A program made the translations under genes and the position numbers. Below the pieces are notes generated by a model that searched no databases, had not been told where the DNA came from, and saw only the letters and a program-made list of their open reading frames with translations. Positions 9,503 through 18,939 of a DNA stretch of 64,000 nucleotides are shown here, one piece after another (within the stretch, counting starts at the first letter, position 1; every line of letters starts with the position of its first letter). This stretch comes from a virus (taxonomy: Duplodnaviria; Caudoviricetes), in IMG/VR virus record IMGVR_UViG_2643221939_000004, positions 1 through 64,000 of that record. One strand, 5' to 3'.

Positions 9503-9738
9503 CTCTCGTGGCCGCCGTTCCCCTTCAAGCTGCCAAGGGCGTCTTCAAGCCTTGCCGCTGGTGCAGCGGAGCGCGCGGCCACATCGACGCGGCGCCGGTC
9601 ATTGAGCCGGCCCGCCACGTCGGCCGGATGATCTGCGACGGCTGCGGCCGGCAGACCGGATGGGTGTCCGACAGGGCGCTCCGCAAGGCCGAAAAGCTCA
9701 CCCATCACGCCGCTCCCGCCAGCGAGGCCGCAGCATGA
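9499..9738 (+). CDS. Small zinc-finger-like protein
   Basis: CRWC...CDGC motifs; ATGA overlap. Confidence 0.55.
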   Translation: MTLVAAVPLQAAKGVFKPCRWCSGARGHIDAAPVIEPARHVGRMICDGCGRQTGWVSDRALRKAEKLTHHAAPASEAAA

Positions 9739-10075
9739 CATCGTTCTTGCCTGTGTCGCCATCTGGATCGGCATCTCGCTTGCCGCATGCTGCCTTCTCG
9801 GCCCCTTCCTCCGCGACAGCGCAGCGGCGCAAAGCATCCAAGCGCCTGAGGGTTTCGACCCTGTGCCAGTTTCTCTCCGTGCCGTGCTTACGGGCCGCGA
9901 CGTAGGCCAGATCCACGCTGCTCACGCCCATGGCGCCGAGCAAGGCTGCCACCGCCTCCACCATCGTCAGTCCGTCCATGTCGTCGCCGCTGGGTTCCAT
10001 GCAGCGAACATGTCGCAGGGCCGGCAATAGCTCACTGAAATCCCGCAGCGCACTCTTTCACCGACAGGTCAGAAG

Positions 10076-10564
10076 ATGTCCGATCTCAGAAAATCCACGG
10101 GTGCGATGCGCTTGGCGATCAAGGCGGCGGTCCGGCGCGCTCTGACGCTGGCCGGCGGCGGGGAGAGCGTCCAGCACGCCACGCGCGTCAACGGCGCCTC
10201 GCTTTCGCGCTATGCCAGCGCCAACCCGGATCACGAATTGAACCACGCGCCGATCGACGTCGTGCTCGATCTCGACCTTGAGGCTGGGCAGCCCGTCATC
10301 CTGGCCGCCTTCGCCGATGCGCAGGGCTACGACATCGTTCGGCGCGAGCGGCCCGACACCGCGTCCGACATGCCGTGGTGCGCCAAGATGGGCATCCTGT
10401 CGAAGCAGGACAGCGCCGTGCTCGGGCAGATCGGTGATGCGCTGGCCGACGGCAAGATCAGCCCGGCCGAGGGCCGCTGCATCGTCGACGAGATCGAGAA
10501 GGAGGAGCTTCTCCTCCGCCGGCTCAAGGAGCGGGTGATCGCGGAATCCGGGGCGGGCCGATGA
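10076..10564 (+). CDS. CII-like phage regulatory protein
   Basis: LSRYA...PIDVVLDLD...ALADGKISPAE pattern; position downstream of cro. Confidence 0.65.
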   Translation: MSDLRKSTGAMRLAIKAAVRRALTLAGGGESVQHATRVNGASLSRYASANPDHELNHAPIDVVLDLDLEAGQPVILAAFADAQGYDIVRRERPDTASDMPWCAKMGILSKQDSAVLGQIGDALADGKISPAEGRCIVDEIEKEELLLRRLKERVIAESGAGR

Positions 10565-10863
10565 GCGGCCGCTCCCTCACAGACAGTCCGTCCGGGACTT
10601 TCGACCGGTGCCAGTTCGGCGCATCGGAACAGCTTTCATGTGCGGCGGGCCCGGACGGGCTACGGACTTGCTTCCCCGCCAATGAGAGCATGCCGACGAG
10701 GGGCGGGGAGGCTGTAGCGGCTTCCCCGTTCCGCCCCGTCGGCCCCTATGCAGAGCACATCGTTCGCGGGCTGGCCCGCCATCTCCATAACCGCGCGATT
10801 GACGAGGCCGCCACGAAAGAGGCGATGGCGCTCGGCTCCCGCGTCCAGCGGAGGGAAGGCTGA
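10561..10863 (+). CDS. Phage hypothetical protein
   Basis: Operon-coupled ORF. Confidence 0.4.
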   Translation: MSGRSLTDSPSGTFDRCQFGASEQLSCAAGPDGLRTCFPANESMPTRGGEAVAASPFRPVGPYAEHIVRGLARHLHNRAIDEAATKEAMALGSRVQRREG

Positions 10864-11360
10864 TGCCTCACTTCACCTGGACCGACGAGGCCAAGGCCGA
10901 GGTCGTGAAGCGCTCCCGCATGGGCTTCACCTATGCCGAGATCGCCGCCTATCTCGGAACCACGCGGGAAGCCATCTCGCGCGCCGTCACCCGGCACAAG
11001 CTGATCTCCGTCGAAGAGCGCCGCAAGCTCCAGTCCGAGCGGCTCATCGGAAAGAAGCAGCCGAAGGCCGTGGTCGCCAAGCGCTCGCGGCACATGAAAG
11101 CGACGTGGGCCGATCCCGTCATCCGGGCCGAGCGCGTCTCCCGCCGGCGGAAGGCCTGCGAGCGGCCCGAGGTCCAGGCGCAGATCGCGGCAGCTGCTCA
11201 GGCATCCTTCCGTAAGCGCCGTGGTGGCTTCGACCTGCCGGACGCGGAGACCGCGGCGAAATACCGATTCCTTCGCGAGAGCAAAGGCATCCCGGCAGCC
11301 GAGGCCGGTCGAATGCTCGGCCTTCTTCCATCATCCACCAGCCAAGAACGGAGAGCCTGA
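10863..11360 (+). CDS. HTH protein (GcrA-N-like)
   Basis: WTDEAK...GFTYAEIAAYLGTTREAI. Confidence 0.6.
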   Translation: MPHFTWTDEAKAEVVKRSRMGFTYAEIAAYLGTTREAISRAVTRHKLISVEERRKLQSERLIGKKQPKAVVAKRSRHMKATWADPVIRAERVSRRRKACERPEVQAQIAAAAQASFRKRRGGFDLPDAETAAKYRFLRESKGIPAAEAGRMLGLLPSSTSQERRA

Positions 11361-11941
11361 TGGCCCGCGCCGCGAAGAACACCGCATCCGCCGAAACCGG
11401 CCCGGCCGGCATCGGGCACAACGACATCGCCTTGAAGGACCTCAAGGTTCTCTTCTTCATCGGCCGGCAGAAGTATCTCGCTGCCCAGGCTGCGCAGAAG
11501 GCCGCCAACGCGGAGATGAAGCGCGTCGGCAAGGTGATCAAGGTGGACCTCGGGGAGTTCGGCCTCGACAGCATCAAGGCCTACGAGAAAGCCCAGACGC
11601 CCGAGGGCAAGGCAGCGCTCCAGGCCCGCCAGGAAGCCGAGCGGCAGGCCATGAGCTTCGCTGGCATCCCGATCAACACGCAGCTCGATCTTCTCACCGA
11701 TCGCATGCCGCTCGTGGAGCGAGCCTATCGCGATGGCGAAGAGGCGGGTCTTCGTGGCGACACGCTGAACAACCCTTTCAGCGAGGCATCCGAGGAAGGC
11801 CACGAATATGCTCGCGGATGGCATGACGGGCAGGGCGCCCTCTTCGCCGGCATCAAGCAGAAGGAAGCCGAGGCGGCGGCCGAGCTGATCAAAGGCCCCG
11901 GCCATGACGGCGGCGGCGATCTCGACGAGGAGCAGGACTGA
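11360..11941 (+). CDS. Phage protein with C-terminal Rmf/CrpP-like motif
   Basis: AYRDGEEAGLRG...NPF...EYARGWHDG. Confidence 0.6.
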   Translation: MARAAKNTASAETGPAGIGHNDIALKDLKVLFFIGRQKYLAAQAAQKAANAEMKRVGKVIKVDLGEFGLDSIKAYEKAQTPEGKAALQARQEAERQAMSFAGIPINTQLDLLTDRMPLVERAYRDGEEAGLRGDTLNNPFSEASEEGHEYARGWHDGQGALFAGIKQKEAEAAAELIKGPGHDGGGDLDEEQD

Positions 11942-12618
11942 TGGCTGGGTCTGCTCGCGGGCTGTTCCGCGCCACCGGCAAGAAGTCCAAGCCCGTTGCC
12001 GTCCGTGACCTTGCTGGCGACATCGTCATGGCCGATGCGCTGGAACGTGAGAAGGACGACTTCTACCCGACTCCGCCCGAGCCGACCCGCGCCATCCTCT
12101 CGGCCGAACTAAGGCGGCTGAGGGACTTCCATACGGTCTGGGAGCCGGCGGCTGGCGACGGCGCCATGGTGCGCGAGATGGAATCGGTCGGGCTGACCGT
12201 CCGCGCATCGGACCTGATTGACCGCGGCTGCGGTGCTGACATCCGGTCCTTCTACGACTTCCCGGCAGCGCCATCGCCTGCGATCCTCACGAACCCGCCC
12301 TTCGCCGAATGCGGCTGGGGCAACGGCAAGGCTCGCTGGCTGACGCATGCGCTCGACAACCTCGGCGTCGAGTACATGGCGCTCCTGATGAACTGGGGCT
12401 TCCCAGGCGCCGGTGGACTCGGGCCCTTCTGGGCGAAGCATCCGGCAGCCCGCGTCTATCTGATGCGCTGGAAGATCGACTTCACCGGGCAGGGTGCCCC
12501 GCCCATGCTCAACGCGTGGTTCGTCTGGGATCGCCAGCACCGCGGCGAGACGGTCCTTCGGATGCTGGACCGGGCCGATGCGCGTCAGGCGGAGATGTTT
12601 GGCGAGGTGGCGGCATGA
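11941..12618 (+). CDS. Putative amino-DNA methyltransferase
   Basis: DFYPTP, WEPAAGDG SAM-binding motif, TNPPF catalytic motif. Confidence 0.8.
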   Translation: MAGSARGLFRATGKKSKPVAVRDLAGDIVMADALEREKDDFYPTPPEPTRAILSAELRRLRDFHTVWEPAAGDGAMVREMESVGLTVRASDLIDRGCGADIRSFYDFPAAPSPAILTNPPFAECGWGNGKARWLTHALDNLGVEYMALLMNWGFPGAGGLGPFWAKHPAARVYLMRWKIDFTGQGAPPMLNAWFVWDRQHRGETVLRMLDRADARQAEMFGEVAA

Positions 12619-13190
12619 GCCTGATCCTCGGCCTCGACGCCGCCTCCACCACCGGCTTCGCCTATTACGACGACACCCGCAGCATATCGGCCATGGAGGT
12701 CGGAGTGCTCCGCGCCAAGGGCGACGGCTTCGAGGACCGCGCGTCGTTCCTCGGCCGCGAGCTCGTCGTCATGCTCCGCAAGCGGCGGCCCGACTTCGTG
12801 GCGATCGAGCAGCCGCTCCGCATGCTTCCCGGCGGCAAGCGCAAGGAAAAGTTCATGGGCGAGGAGGTGGAGGTCTCCGGCGCCGGCGGCGGGACCAACG
12901 CGCTCATCCTCTCCAACCAGATCGTGAGCGCCTTCTGCACCGCGGCCCGGATCAAGGACATCCCCTTCGTCCTGATCGCCTCCGCCACCTGGCGCACGCA
13001 GTTTCTCGGCTTCGGCCGCAAGCCCGGATTCGACCGGAAGGCCTGGAAGAAGGCGGCCCGCGAGCGCTGCGCTGCGCTGAAGATCTCCGTGACCAACGAC
13101 GACATGGCCGAGGCCTGCGGCGTGGCCTTCGCCGCCACCGCGACCGACGCCTTCAAGATGATGAAGCACCAGATGGAGCGAGCCGCATGA
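12615..13190 (+). CDS. RuvC-like Holliday junction resolvase
   Basis: ILGLDAASTTG, VAIEQP, NDDMAEA RNase H-fold motifs. Confidence 0.75.
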   Translation: MSLILGLDAASTTGFAYYDDTRSISAMEVGVLRAKGDGFEDRASFLGRELVVMLRKRRPDFVAIEQPLRMLPGGKRKEKFMGEEVEVSGAGGGTNALILSNQIVSAFCTAARIKDIPFVLIASATWRTQFLGFGRKPGFDRKAWKKAARERCAALKISVTNDDMAEACGVAFAATATDAFKMMKHQMERAA

Positions 13191-13846
13191 TGAACCTCGT
13201 CGACATCCGCGAGCGCGCCGAACGTCGGCAGCAGGCCGCGCACCAGAACCAGAGCTTCCATCGCGAGCAGCTGTCCAAGGCAGAGGCGGAGGAGGGGGAT
13301 CTCGGTATCATCATCGACGGGATCGACGACCTGATCGAGGCGCAGGCTACGTTCGCGAAGATCATGCACGGCGCGTCGCCCGAGCTTCTCGCCGCTATCG
13401 GCGCGACCGAGACGACCACTGGCACCATACCGGCCATCCCGGCTGAGGAGCCGGTCGCTGAAGAGGTCGGCGTCGGAACGCCGCCCGCCGCGGTCGAGCC
13501 GCCTGTCGCTCCGAAGCGCGCGGTTGCCCGCAAGGCGAAGGAAGCCCCTGCCGATCCCATAGTCCAAGCCGCCGCCAAACCGCCAGCACCCGCCGACGCG
13601 CCGCGTCCGACAGACGCCGCCCTCGACGCCAAGGTGCTCGACATCATGCAGCGCGCGGCGGCCAGCGGCGATGGGCAGGCGATGTTCGACATGGCGACGT
13701 TGGCCGGCAAGATGGAAGTCACCTCCCTCGCGCTCGACAAGTCCTTCACCCGCCTGGCCGAGGCCGGCCGCATCGTGCGCCAGAGGTGCGAGCTTAAGGG
13801 CCATGCCGCGTTCGAGGTGATCGCCGAGACGGAGGCGGCGGAGTGA
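13187..13846 (+). CDS. Phage hypothetical protein (possible C-terminal wHTH)
   Basis: Operon-coupled ORF. Confidence 0.55.
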   Translation: MMNLVDIRERAERRQQAAHQNQSFHREQLSKAEAEEGDLGIIIDGIDDLIEAQATFAKIMHGASPELLAAIGATETTTGTIPAIPAEEPVAEEVGVGTPPAAVEPPVAPKRAVARKAKEAPADPIVQAAAKPPAPADAPRPTDAALDAKVLDIMQRAAASGDGQAMFDMATLAGKMEVTSLALDKSFTRLAEAGRIVRQRCELKGHAAFEVIAETEAAE

Positions 13847-14961
13847 CAATCTCCACATTCCTCGACGGCCGGGTACGGCTTCATCTGGGCGATGTGCGGG
13901 AGCGGCTCGCCCTCATGCCCGAAGGTTCGATCGACTGTGTCGTGACCTCGCCGCCTTACTTCGGCCTTCGCGATTACGGGATGCTTGGTCAGATCGGAAT
14001 GGAAGCTACGCCTGCTGAGTTCGTCGCGGCACTGGTCCAGGTGTTCCGGCAGGTGCGTCGCGTCCTGAAAGCCGATGGATCACTCTGGCTGAACATCGGC
14101 GACAGCTATGCGGGATCGTGGGGCGCGCAGTCTCGAGGAGATGACACGCCCGGCACCTTGGAAGGTGGGTCGATGATCTCGGCGCGCCAGATTGCCGCTC
14201 ACCCAAGAGGGCAGTCCGGGACAGGATCGCTCAAGCGCACGCCCGGATTGAAGCCGAAAGACCTCATGATGATTCCGGCGCGCGTCGCGATCGCCCTTCA
14301 GGATGACGGCTGGTATCTGCGGCAAGACATCATCTGGCACAAGCCGAACCCGATGCCGGAGAGCGTACGCGATCGCTGCACCAAGGCGCATGAGTATGTC
14401 TTCCTCCTCACCAAGTCGCCTCGTTATTTCTACGATGCTGACGCAATCGCAGAGGGCCTCGCGCCAGCTTCGGTCGGTCGTCTCGCGCAGGTAGGTCTCG
14501 CATCTCAGGCAGGTTCTTCTCGCGTCCCTGGTAAGGCGAATGGGGCCATGAAGGCAGTCGCGGGCGGAAGAAAGCGTGGCGTTCCTCCTCGCCATGCTTC
14601 CTACGAAAGCAGCGATCAGTCGGGCCTTGATGACGTTGGCCGCGGCTATCGCAATAAGCGATCCGTCTGGTCGATCTCAACGCAGCCGTTCTCTGATGCG
14701 CATTTCGCCACCATGGCGCCGGAGCTTGCGGAGACGTGCATCCTCGCCGGCTGCCCGAAGGGCGGCACCGTTCTCGACCCGTTTGGCGGCGCAGGCACTA
14801 CCGCTCTGGTCGCGCTACGCCATGGCCGTAAGGCCGAGCTGATCGAGTTGAACCCCGACTACGCGGCAATGGCGCGGCGCCGGATCGAGACGGAATGGCG
14901 GGTATCGATTCCATCTGTAGGCTCCGACTTCGGGCCCCTTTTTTCGGAGTCCGCAGCATGA
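13843..14961 (+). CDS. Beta-class N6/N4 DNA methyltransferase
   Basis: VTSPPY followed by VLDPFGGAGTT. Confidence 0.92.
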   Translation: MTISTFLDGRVRLHLGDVRERLALMPEGSIDCVVTSPPYFGLRDYGMLGQIGMEATPAEFVAALVQVFRQVRRVLKADGSLWLNIGDSYAGSWGAQSRGDDTPGTLEGGSMISARQIAAHPRGQSGTGSLKRTPGLKPKDLMMIPARVAIALQDDGWYLRQDIIWHKPNPMPESVRDRCTKAHEYVFLLTKSPRYFYDADAIAEGLAPASVGRLAQVGLASQAGSSRVPGKANGAMKAVAGGRKRGVPPRHASYESSDQSGLDDVGRGYRNKRSVWSISTQPFSDAHFATMAPELAETCILAGCPKGGTVLDPFGGAGTTALVALRHGRKAELIELNPDYAAMARRRIETEWRVSIPSVGSDFGPLFSESAA

Positions 14962-16454
14962 ACGCGCTCACCCCCATCGACTTCGACGGCGCGGTCAACA
15001 TCGAGGCCGAGCAGGCGCTTCTCGGCGCGATCCTCGTGAACAACGAAGCTCTGGCGCCTGTGCTGGAGGTCGGCTTCGAGGCCCGGTTCTTCGAGGAGGC
15101 GATCCACCGCGACATCTTCACCGCGGCGAGCTCGCTCATCACGTCGGGCCGGAAGGCCGATCCGGTGACGCTCCGCCCGTTCCTGCCGGTCGATGCGGAG
15201 ATCGGCGACACGAACCTCGGCGGCTACCTCATGCGTCTTTGTGCCGAGGCCGTCACCGTCCTGCATGCTCGCGACTATGCCCTGGCGGTGCTCGACGCCT
15301 ATGCCGCGCGGGTCGCTGCCCAGACGCTCGACCGCTACATCGAAGAGTTCGTCCGGCGCGATCCGGCGAAGGGCATCACCGATATCATCTCCAGGCTCGA
15401 GGACGATCTCGGCGGCATCCGCGCGCTCTCGCCCGCGATGAAGGCCCGCGAATCCATGAGCGGCGTGATGGACGCATTCCTGCGCCGGCTGAACGAAGGC
15501 CGGACGAAGGGGGGGCGGGTCATCCCGTTCCCGCTCGGCGAGATCGCGGACGTTCTCCAGGAGGACGGGTTTCAGGTCGGCAACCTCTACGGCCTCCTGG
15601 GCTCGTCAGGGGAAGGCAAGACGTCGCTGATGCTCCAGTGCGTCCGCGCCGCGGCCGACGCTGGCAACCCGGTCCTGCTCCTCTCCTACGACCAGACTTT
15701 CGAGCAGGTCGCTCGGCAGATGATTTCGCAACAGACCGGCATCTCGGTCTCGCAGATGCTCCGGCACAATCCCGGCAAGTCCGAGACGCTGAACCGGAAG
15801 GAGATCGACCTCATCACCGAGGCCGGCGTCGACCTGCAGGAACTCCCGATCCAGGTCCGCAAGCTCCACAATCAGAAGATCGGCGGCATCCTCTCCATCG
15901 CCCGCAACTGGACGAAAACGATCCGCAAGGGCCGGCAGCCGAATGGTGAGCCCTGGGGCTCGCCGCTCATCATCCTCGACCACAACCGCAAGGTCACGCC
16001 CGAGGATCCGAAGGCGCACGAGGGCCGCATCGCCGGCGCAGTGAACGGTGCCGGGAAGGCGATGGCCGAGGAGTTGGGCGCCGCGGTGCTCTTCCTCAAC
16101 CAGCGCAACGGCAAGGGCGCGGATCGGTACGTGCCCCGGCCGATCGCAGCGGACCTCTTCGGCGGAGAGCAGGCGCGCGAGGACTATGACGCGATCCTCT
16201 ACATCTACAGGCCCGAGCGCTGGCGCGACGAGCAACTGAGCGTCGCCAAGGACCAGAAGCAGGCCGACGAGATCCGCCGGCGCTTCATGCTCCGATCCTC
16301 ATGGGAGGACACGCCTCGCGATCCCGAGGGCATGGCCGAGATCGGCGCCATCAAAGTCCGATACGGCGCCGGCGGCGTCCGGTCCGAGCTGAAGTTCGAA
16401 GGCCGATACACCCGCTACGCCAGCACACGCCAGACCGAGCCGGAGCTGTTCTGA
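14958..16454 (+). CDS. DnaB-like replicative helicase
   Basis: EAEQALLGAIL N-terminal domain; Walker A GSSGEGKT. Confidence 0.85.
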   Translation: MNALTPIDFDGAVNIEAEQALLGAILVNNEALAPVLEVGFEARFFEEAIHRDIFTAASSLITSGRKADPVTLRPFLPVDAEIGDTNLGGYLMRLCAEAVTVLHARDYALAVLDAYAARVAAQTLDRYIEEFVRRDPAKGITDIISRLEDDLGGIRALSPAMKARESMSGVMDAFLRRLNEGRTKGGRVIPFPLGEIADVLQEDGFQVGNLYGLLGSSGEGKTSLMLQCVRAAADAGNPVLLLSYDQTFEQVARQMISQQTGISVSQMLRHNPGKSETLNRKEIDLITEAGVDLQELPIQVRKLHNQKIGGILSIARNWTKTIRKGRQPNGEPWGSPLIILDHNRKVTPEDPKAHEGRIAGAVNGAGKAMAEELGAAVLFLNQRNGKGADRYVPRPIAADLFGGEQAREDYDAILYIYRPERWRDEQLSVAKDQKQADEIRRRFMLRSSWEDTPRDPEGMAEIGAIKVRYGAGGVRSELKFEGRYTRYASTRQTEPELF

Positions 16455-16816
16455 TGACCGACACATCCCGTCCCGAGGTCAGATCCTTCCCGTGGGCCCG
16501 AGGCTATCAGGGCCAGTTCAAGATGCCCGGCGGCGGCTGGAAGTTCGTGCGCATCCCCGGCACGAAGGAGGCGCAGGTCTTCCCGACATCCGAGGCGGCG
16601 AAGGATGCCGCGACCAAGTTGGTGTTTCAATTCATGTGCCCGCCGATTGTCTCGGAGCGGGTGGAGGAAGTCGATCTGTTTGCGAAGGGCGTAACGGCAG
16701 CGGTCCTGGAGTTCAAAGCGGGCCAGCAGCGCCAGCGCGTCGAGGACCGGAAGGTGTTCGCCCGGGCCGGCCAGAAGCCCGTCATCGTCCAGACAAAGCG
16801 GAGCCGCCTCGCATGA
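16454..16816 (+). CDS. Phage hypothetical protein
   Basis: Operon-coupled ORF. Confidence 0.55.
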   Translation: MTDTSRPEVRSFPWARGYQGQFKMPGGGWKFVRIPGTKEAQVFPTSEAAKDAATKLVFQFMCPPIVSERVEEVDLFAKGVTAAVLEFKAGQQRQRVEDRKVFARAGQKPVIVQTKRSRLA

Positions 16817-17124
16817 GCCGCGAAGTCCTGCCCCACCGCCGCCCGTCCGAGAACGAAGAGATCGTGTTCGCCGGCATGCCGATCTCCGTCACCTTCGGCT
16901 ACACCGATGATGCCCGGATCACCGAGGTCTTCATGTCCACCCGCAAGGTCGGGACCATGATGGACATCGCCGTCCGCGATCTGGCCGTCACCATCTCGCT
17001 CGCGCTTCAGTATGGCGTCACACCGACGGTGCTGGAGCGCTCGCTCACCGCTGACGAGAGCGGCAAGCCGGAAGGCCTCGCTGGCAAGATTGTCGCCATG
17101 ATCCGGGAGCGTGCCGTCGCATGA
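16813..17124 (+). CDS. Stand-alone TSCPD-like domain (class II ribonucleotide reductase C-terminal-like)
   Basis: REVLPHRR...ITEVF...ISLALQYGV. Confidence 0.7.
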   Translation: MSREVLPHRRPSENEEIVFAGMPISVTFGYTDDARITEVFMSTRKVGTMMDIAVRDLAVTISLALQYGVTPTVLERSLTADESGKPEGLAGKIVAMIRERAVA

Positions 17125-17555
17125 CCAACGCCAAGAGCCATCTAGACCAGTTCCTAGACGGCATTGGCGTTCGCCTGGTGCCGGTGGCACGCCGGCGCCG
17201 CGGTGCCCAGAGCCACGCCCGGGCCACCATGCGCGAGATCCTGAACGATCACGGCGGCGATCACCTCGCGCTCGTGCTCCGCTTCATCCGCGACAGCGAG
17301 GGGAACAAGGGCGCGCTTTGGTCCGAGACCATCGGCGCCGTGTCGGACATCCTCCTGCAGCGTCCAGACTGGGCGGAGAGGCCGTCCGACGTCTTCGCCG
17401 CACTCGACACCATCGATCTGAACGACGCGCGCCGTGAGGCCGTCCTGCGCCGCCCTTGGCCGGTCCGACAAACCCTCCGCGCCTACCTCTACCGTGACCT
17501 GCAGCGCGCGCTCGACGCCCGCATTGATCAAGACCTTCTCGGAGCTGCCGCATGA
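17121..17555 (+). CDS. Phage hypothetical protein
   Basis: Operon-coupled ORF. Confidence 0.6.
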   Translation: MTNAKSHLDQFLDGIGVRLVPVARRRRGAQSHARATMREILNDHGGDHLALVLRFIRDSEGNKGALWSETIGAVSDILLQRPDWAERPSDVFAALDTIDLNDARREAVLRRPWPVRQTLRAYLYRDLQRALDARIDQDLLGAAA

Positions 17556-18544
17556 AAATGATCACCCAATCTGAGCTCATGCAGCTCTTTTCATACGATC
17601 CTTCCACCGGAGACTTCACGCGGCTTTCCCGTATTCGACGGCATCAAGCCGGCGAGACTGCCGGTTGGACCGATGATCGAGGCTATCGGCGCATCAAGAT
17701 TGATGGGCGAAACCACTTCGCGCACCGTTTGGCATGGCTTTACGTCCATGGGACGCTCCCAACTCAAATCGATCACATCAACCAGGACACTGGCGATAAT
17801 CGGATTGCCAATCTGCGTGACGCGACCCATGCTCTTAACCAGAGGAACAAGCGCAATTCGTCGTTGTATCGACCGCCATCAACCATGCGGCCATGGAGCT
17901 TCGAGGAAGAGGCAATCCTCGCGCCGCTGATCATTTTGGCAAAGGCCCGCTTTGTTGAGGCTGCAGACACGTTCGCTCATCTCGGACCCGAGTACACCGG
18001 TCCATCTCTGATGCGATCAGTCTGGCCCACGTATGCCTCAACAACTCTGGGCGGGCATGACGTTGGCTACGGCGGGAATGGTCAGAGGGTGATCTACCGG
18101 CCAAATTCAGCAGCAGTCTCCAGAGCGGAGGAGGTTGTCAGCCAATGGGTTCCGACGATCCGTCAGCAAGACGACAGAGTGCTAGCTGGAGCCTGGGCTC
18201 AGTGTCTTGCCGCACCTCGGATTGCGGGGTCTTGGCGTTCATATTGTCGGGAGAAGAGACTAAATCGAACCACCGCAGACAGACACGTTTTCAGTGCATT
18301 CCATAGTGTTGCTGTAGGCTTATCGAAAAACTCTCAAATGTTGCACGAGCCTGATTGGGTTCGGCTAGTGCCAAGGTTCCCAATCTCGGGTACTGACATT
18401 GATATGGTCGCAGAACGTGTGACAGAGCGCGCCAACCACTGGCGAGCCGACGACGCAAAGCCGACCAGCCAGCCCGACATGCGCGATACCTCGTGGGCCG
18501 AAGGGCAGAACGAGATGCGGCGTCGTCGGGTGGCGAACGGATAG
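17552..18544 (+). CDS. HNH endonuclease fused to putative late regulator (DUF6362-like)
   Basis: AHRLAW...IDHINQDTGDNRIANLR at N-terminus; RFVEAADT...WP...SRAEEV C-terminal domain; located at the lambdoid Q position. Confidence 0.65.
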   Translation: MKMITQSELMQLFSYDPSTGDFTRLSRIRRHQAGETAGWTDDRGYRRIKIDGRNHFAHRLAWLYVHGTLPTQIDHINQDTGDNRIANLRDATHALNQRNKRNSSLYRPPSTMRPWSFEEEAILAPLIILAKARFVEAADTFAHLGPEYTGPSLMRSVWPTYASTTLGGHDVGYGGNGQRVIYRPNSAAVSRAEEVVSQWVPTIRQQDDRVLAGAWAQCLAAPRIAGSWRSYCREKRLNRTTADRHVFSAFHSVAVGLSKNSQMLHEPDWVRLVPRFPISGTDIDMVAERVTERANHWRADDAKPTSQPDMRDTSWAEGQNEMRRRRVANG

Positions 18545-18562
18545 CAGATCGGCCTCCGCATA

Positions 18563-18915
18563 GGGCCGTTGGCGATGAGCGTAATCCGGACAAAGCGGAA
18601 CAAGGTCGGACGCGGGGGCAGCGCCCGCCGCCTCCACCAAGACCACACCGGCCAGTGCGGGACACCCGTTTAAGGCCCAAGCCTCTGATCAAGGTCACTC
18701 CCTAAGATAGGTGGGAGAGCTGCGAATCCGGTGTGGTCTTGATGGGGGCGAAACAGGATCGACGGCCTAGGGAAGTGGCGAACGCGCTCGGGAATGGCTC
18801 CACCCTCATCGGGCCGAACGGAAAGCTGTCAACGACAACTCTCCCCACTCGGGTCTCGCCCTCGCGGCGTGATGTCTGACGGGCCGCCGGCGCCTTGGAA
18901 CAGAAGCCCGGCACC
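18563..18915 (+). ncRNA. ssrA: Two-piece (permuted) tmRNA, prophage-encoded
   Basis: Acceptor piece ending GCGGG-GGCAGCG-CCCGC-CGCCTCC-ACCA (18639); stem-closed intervening segment; coding piece starting GGGGGCGAAACAGGATCGAC (18744); tag frame VNDNSPHSGLALAA* (18828-18872). Outer ends approximate. Confidence 0.88.
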
Positions 18916-18939
18916 GATCGCAGCAGCAGGAATGCGCAG

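Noticed and set aside
7903-9837. 644-aa minus-strand ORF
   Set aside because: Antisense to coupled plus-strand early genes
18563-18915. tmRNA as the prophage integration site
   Set aside because: Flanked on both sides by co-linear phage genes, with no integrase or att duplication visible nearby
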